Origin: Guillardia theta CCMP2712
Taxonomy: Eukaryota > Protista > Cryptophyta
NCBI RefSeq assembly: GCF_000315625.1
Contig: NW_005434654.1
Location: 362,997 to 426,996, forward strand
Direction: 5' to 3'
DNA length: 64,000 bases
Numbering within the stretch: position 1 is the first letter of the stretch; each line of letters starts with the position of its first letter. Below, piece after piece: positions 62,582 to 64,000 of the stretch. The notes beneath the pieces are model-generated. The model did not search any database and was not told the DNA's origin. It worked only from the letters and a program-made list of their open reading frames with translations. A program made the translations under genes and the position numbers.

Positions 62582-62918
62582 TCATTTGTCTTTCCTGCTC
62601 CCTTTCCCACTCCCAACTTTCTTCTGCTCCCTCTTCTTCATCTTGTCTGCTGCAGCCCTCTCGTTGTCCTGGTACACTCGATATCCCTGCGTCAAGGCAA
62701 CAGGTAAGGACGATGAGCTCGGTAGAATTTGCCAGGAAAGAGCGCACGAGGACGAGCAAGAGTACGAGCAAGAGCAAGAGCAAGAGCAAGAGCAAGAGCA
62801 AGAGCAAGAGCACGAGCAAGAGCAAGAGCAAGAGCAGACGGACCTGATAGGCCAGGAAAAGGAAGATCAGAAAGATCAGGGCCATCACAGGGTACACAAC
62901 CGAGTCGGGAACCGACAT
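62582..62918 (-). CDS. 59-aa single-pass membrane microprotein with a basic C-tail (exons 62918-62844 and 62686-62582)
   Basis: Splices cleanly (GT...CAG) to MSVPDSVVYPVMALIFLIFLFLAYQ|GYRVYQDNERAAADKMKKREQKKVGSGKGSRKDK*. Confidence 0.65.
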
Positions 62919-63451
62919 AGACAACTGTCCTGTTCAGCTTGCAAGTAAGTTCCCATGCAGACACCAGAGGTGAAGTATCCACAAAGACAACAACCACTTT
63001 CACGTCGTGTCACATAGCTTCGCCTTCTGCTCACTGGACCTCCGCTACTTTAGTGCTGGATCCTTTCTTTGTTCCGGCATGTCCTACGATTCGTACCCCA
63101 CCCAGTGTACCCTCCATTCTTGATCTCTTCAGATCGGATCTTTGATCATAACCTCTGATCTATCATTGTGCTTACGGCATTTTCCCGAACTATTATACCC
63201 CAAAACAATCTGTTCTCCTCTGGACCAAGAATCACACACTAATACAATATCCCTTCAATACTATCTTTAGTGTCTACCCATAACCTGGAATCTCATGTCC
63301 CGTTTGATCTCCTTTCTCCCCTACTCTTTATACTCCCTCAAATCGTTTTCGTCTACCACTTGCTCCACCTGCTCCACTTACACCTCCTGCACCTCCTGCC
63401 CCCCTTGCTCCTGCTCCTGCTCCTTCTCCTTCTCCTGCTCCTGCTCCTGCT

Positions 63452-63482
<31 letters not shown>

Positions 63483-63669
63483 ATCCTGCTCCTCTTACCC
63501 CTGCCCCATCTCCTGCTCCTGCTCCTGCTCCTGCTCCTCTTGTATCCCCTCTCTCTCTCCTCTCTCTTCCTTCTCTCTCTCCTCACCTTCAACCTTGTCG
63601 AACTCGACCATGGCGGCCTCCTCGTGACTGTTCTTTCTAGTACAACGAACGTTATCACCGTTACAATGA

Positions 63670-64000
63670 TGGCCCGGCGGCGGGCCGGGGGGCCGGCGGC
63701 GCCCCGGCGCCGGCCGGCAGCCGCGGCCGCTCACTGCAGTGCCCGGGCCGGCGCAGTGGCAGGCGGCTCTGAGCCTCAACACTGTGACAGGCTTCGGGGG
63801 CACTGGTGACCGTGCGTGATCGTGCCCGGTGAGCCGGCCCTACTAGTAGGTTGGCAGTGCTCGGACGCCGGTGACCCGGCGGCGGCGGCCGGACTCGGCC
63901 GGGGCCGCCCGGCCGCGGCCGGGGGCCGGGCGGCGGCCTCGGGCCGGGGACCGATGATCCGGGGCCCGGCACGGCACTGAAATCACGGAGCCCGGAGTCA
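63670..64000. promoter_or_regulatory. GC-rich palindromic intergenic island
   Basis: Same CCGG/GGCC/CCCGGG and TGAG/CAGT vocabulary as 19490-20020. Confidence 0.5.

Noticed and set aside
63320-63612. Minus-strand E/Q-rich ORF starting MVEFDKVE
   Set aside because: Mostly (GAGCAG)n repeat; no coherent exon chain could be built, although a short first exon cannot be excluded.

Overview
Eukaryotic, gene-dense, GC-rich scaffold with many short GT-AG introns, pyrimidine-rich microsatellite introns and two N gaps. Bipartite signal+transit leaders and the general style suggest an alga with a red-derived complex plastid, most likely a cryptophyte such as Guillardia theta (inference). Genes from left to right: 3' part of a Piezo channel; MATE transporter; TraB-family protein with a tripartite (SP/transit/Tat) leader; CFAP418/C8orf37; two hypotheticals; RPS23; an RNI-like LRR protein; a four-domain voltage-gated cation channel; an F-box/LRR protein; a U-box protein; a DUF579 (GXM/IRX15-like) methyltransferase with a ~400 aa polyQ tail; TCTP with a signal/transit leader; a divergent VDAC-like porin; ZSWIM7; a hypothetical; a MED1-like gene; an organellar seryl-tRNA synthetase; a Cys-rich membrane hypothetical; a PMCA-type Ca2+-ATPase; and a 59-aa membrane microprotein. 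Most striking: (1) the TCTP leader ends in a ubiquitin-type RLRGG exactly at the native TCTP Met, suggesting DUB-like maturation of a periplastid-targeted protein; (2) the channel has a non-canonical S-S-R-D selectivity filter; (3) the TraB protein appears thylakoid-lumen targeted; (4) intergenic DNA shows strand-polarised ACCCC/GGGGT blocks and GC-rich palindromic islands. Exon structures were inferred by eye and no database searches were run.
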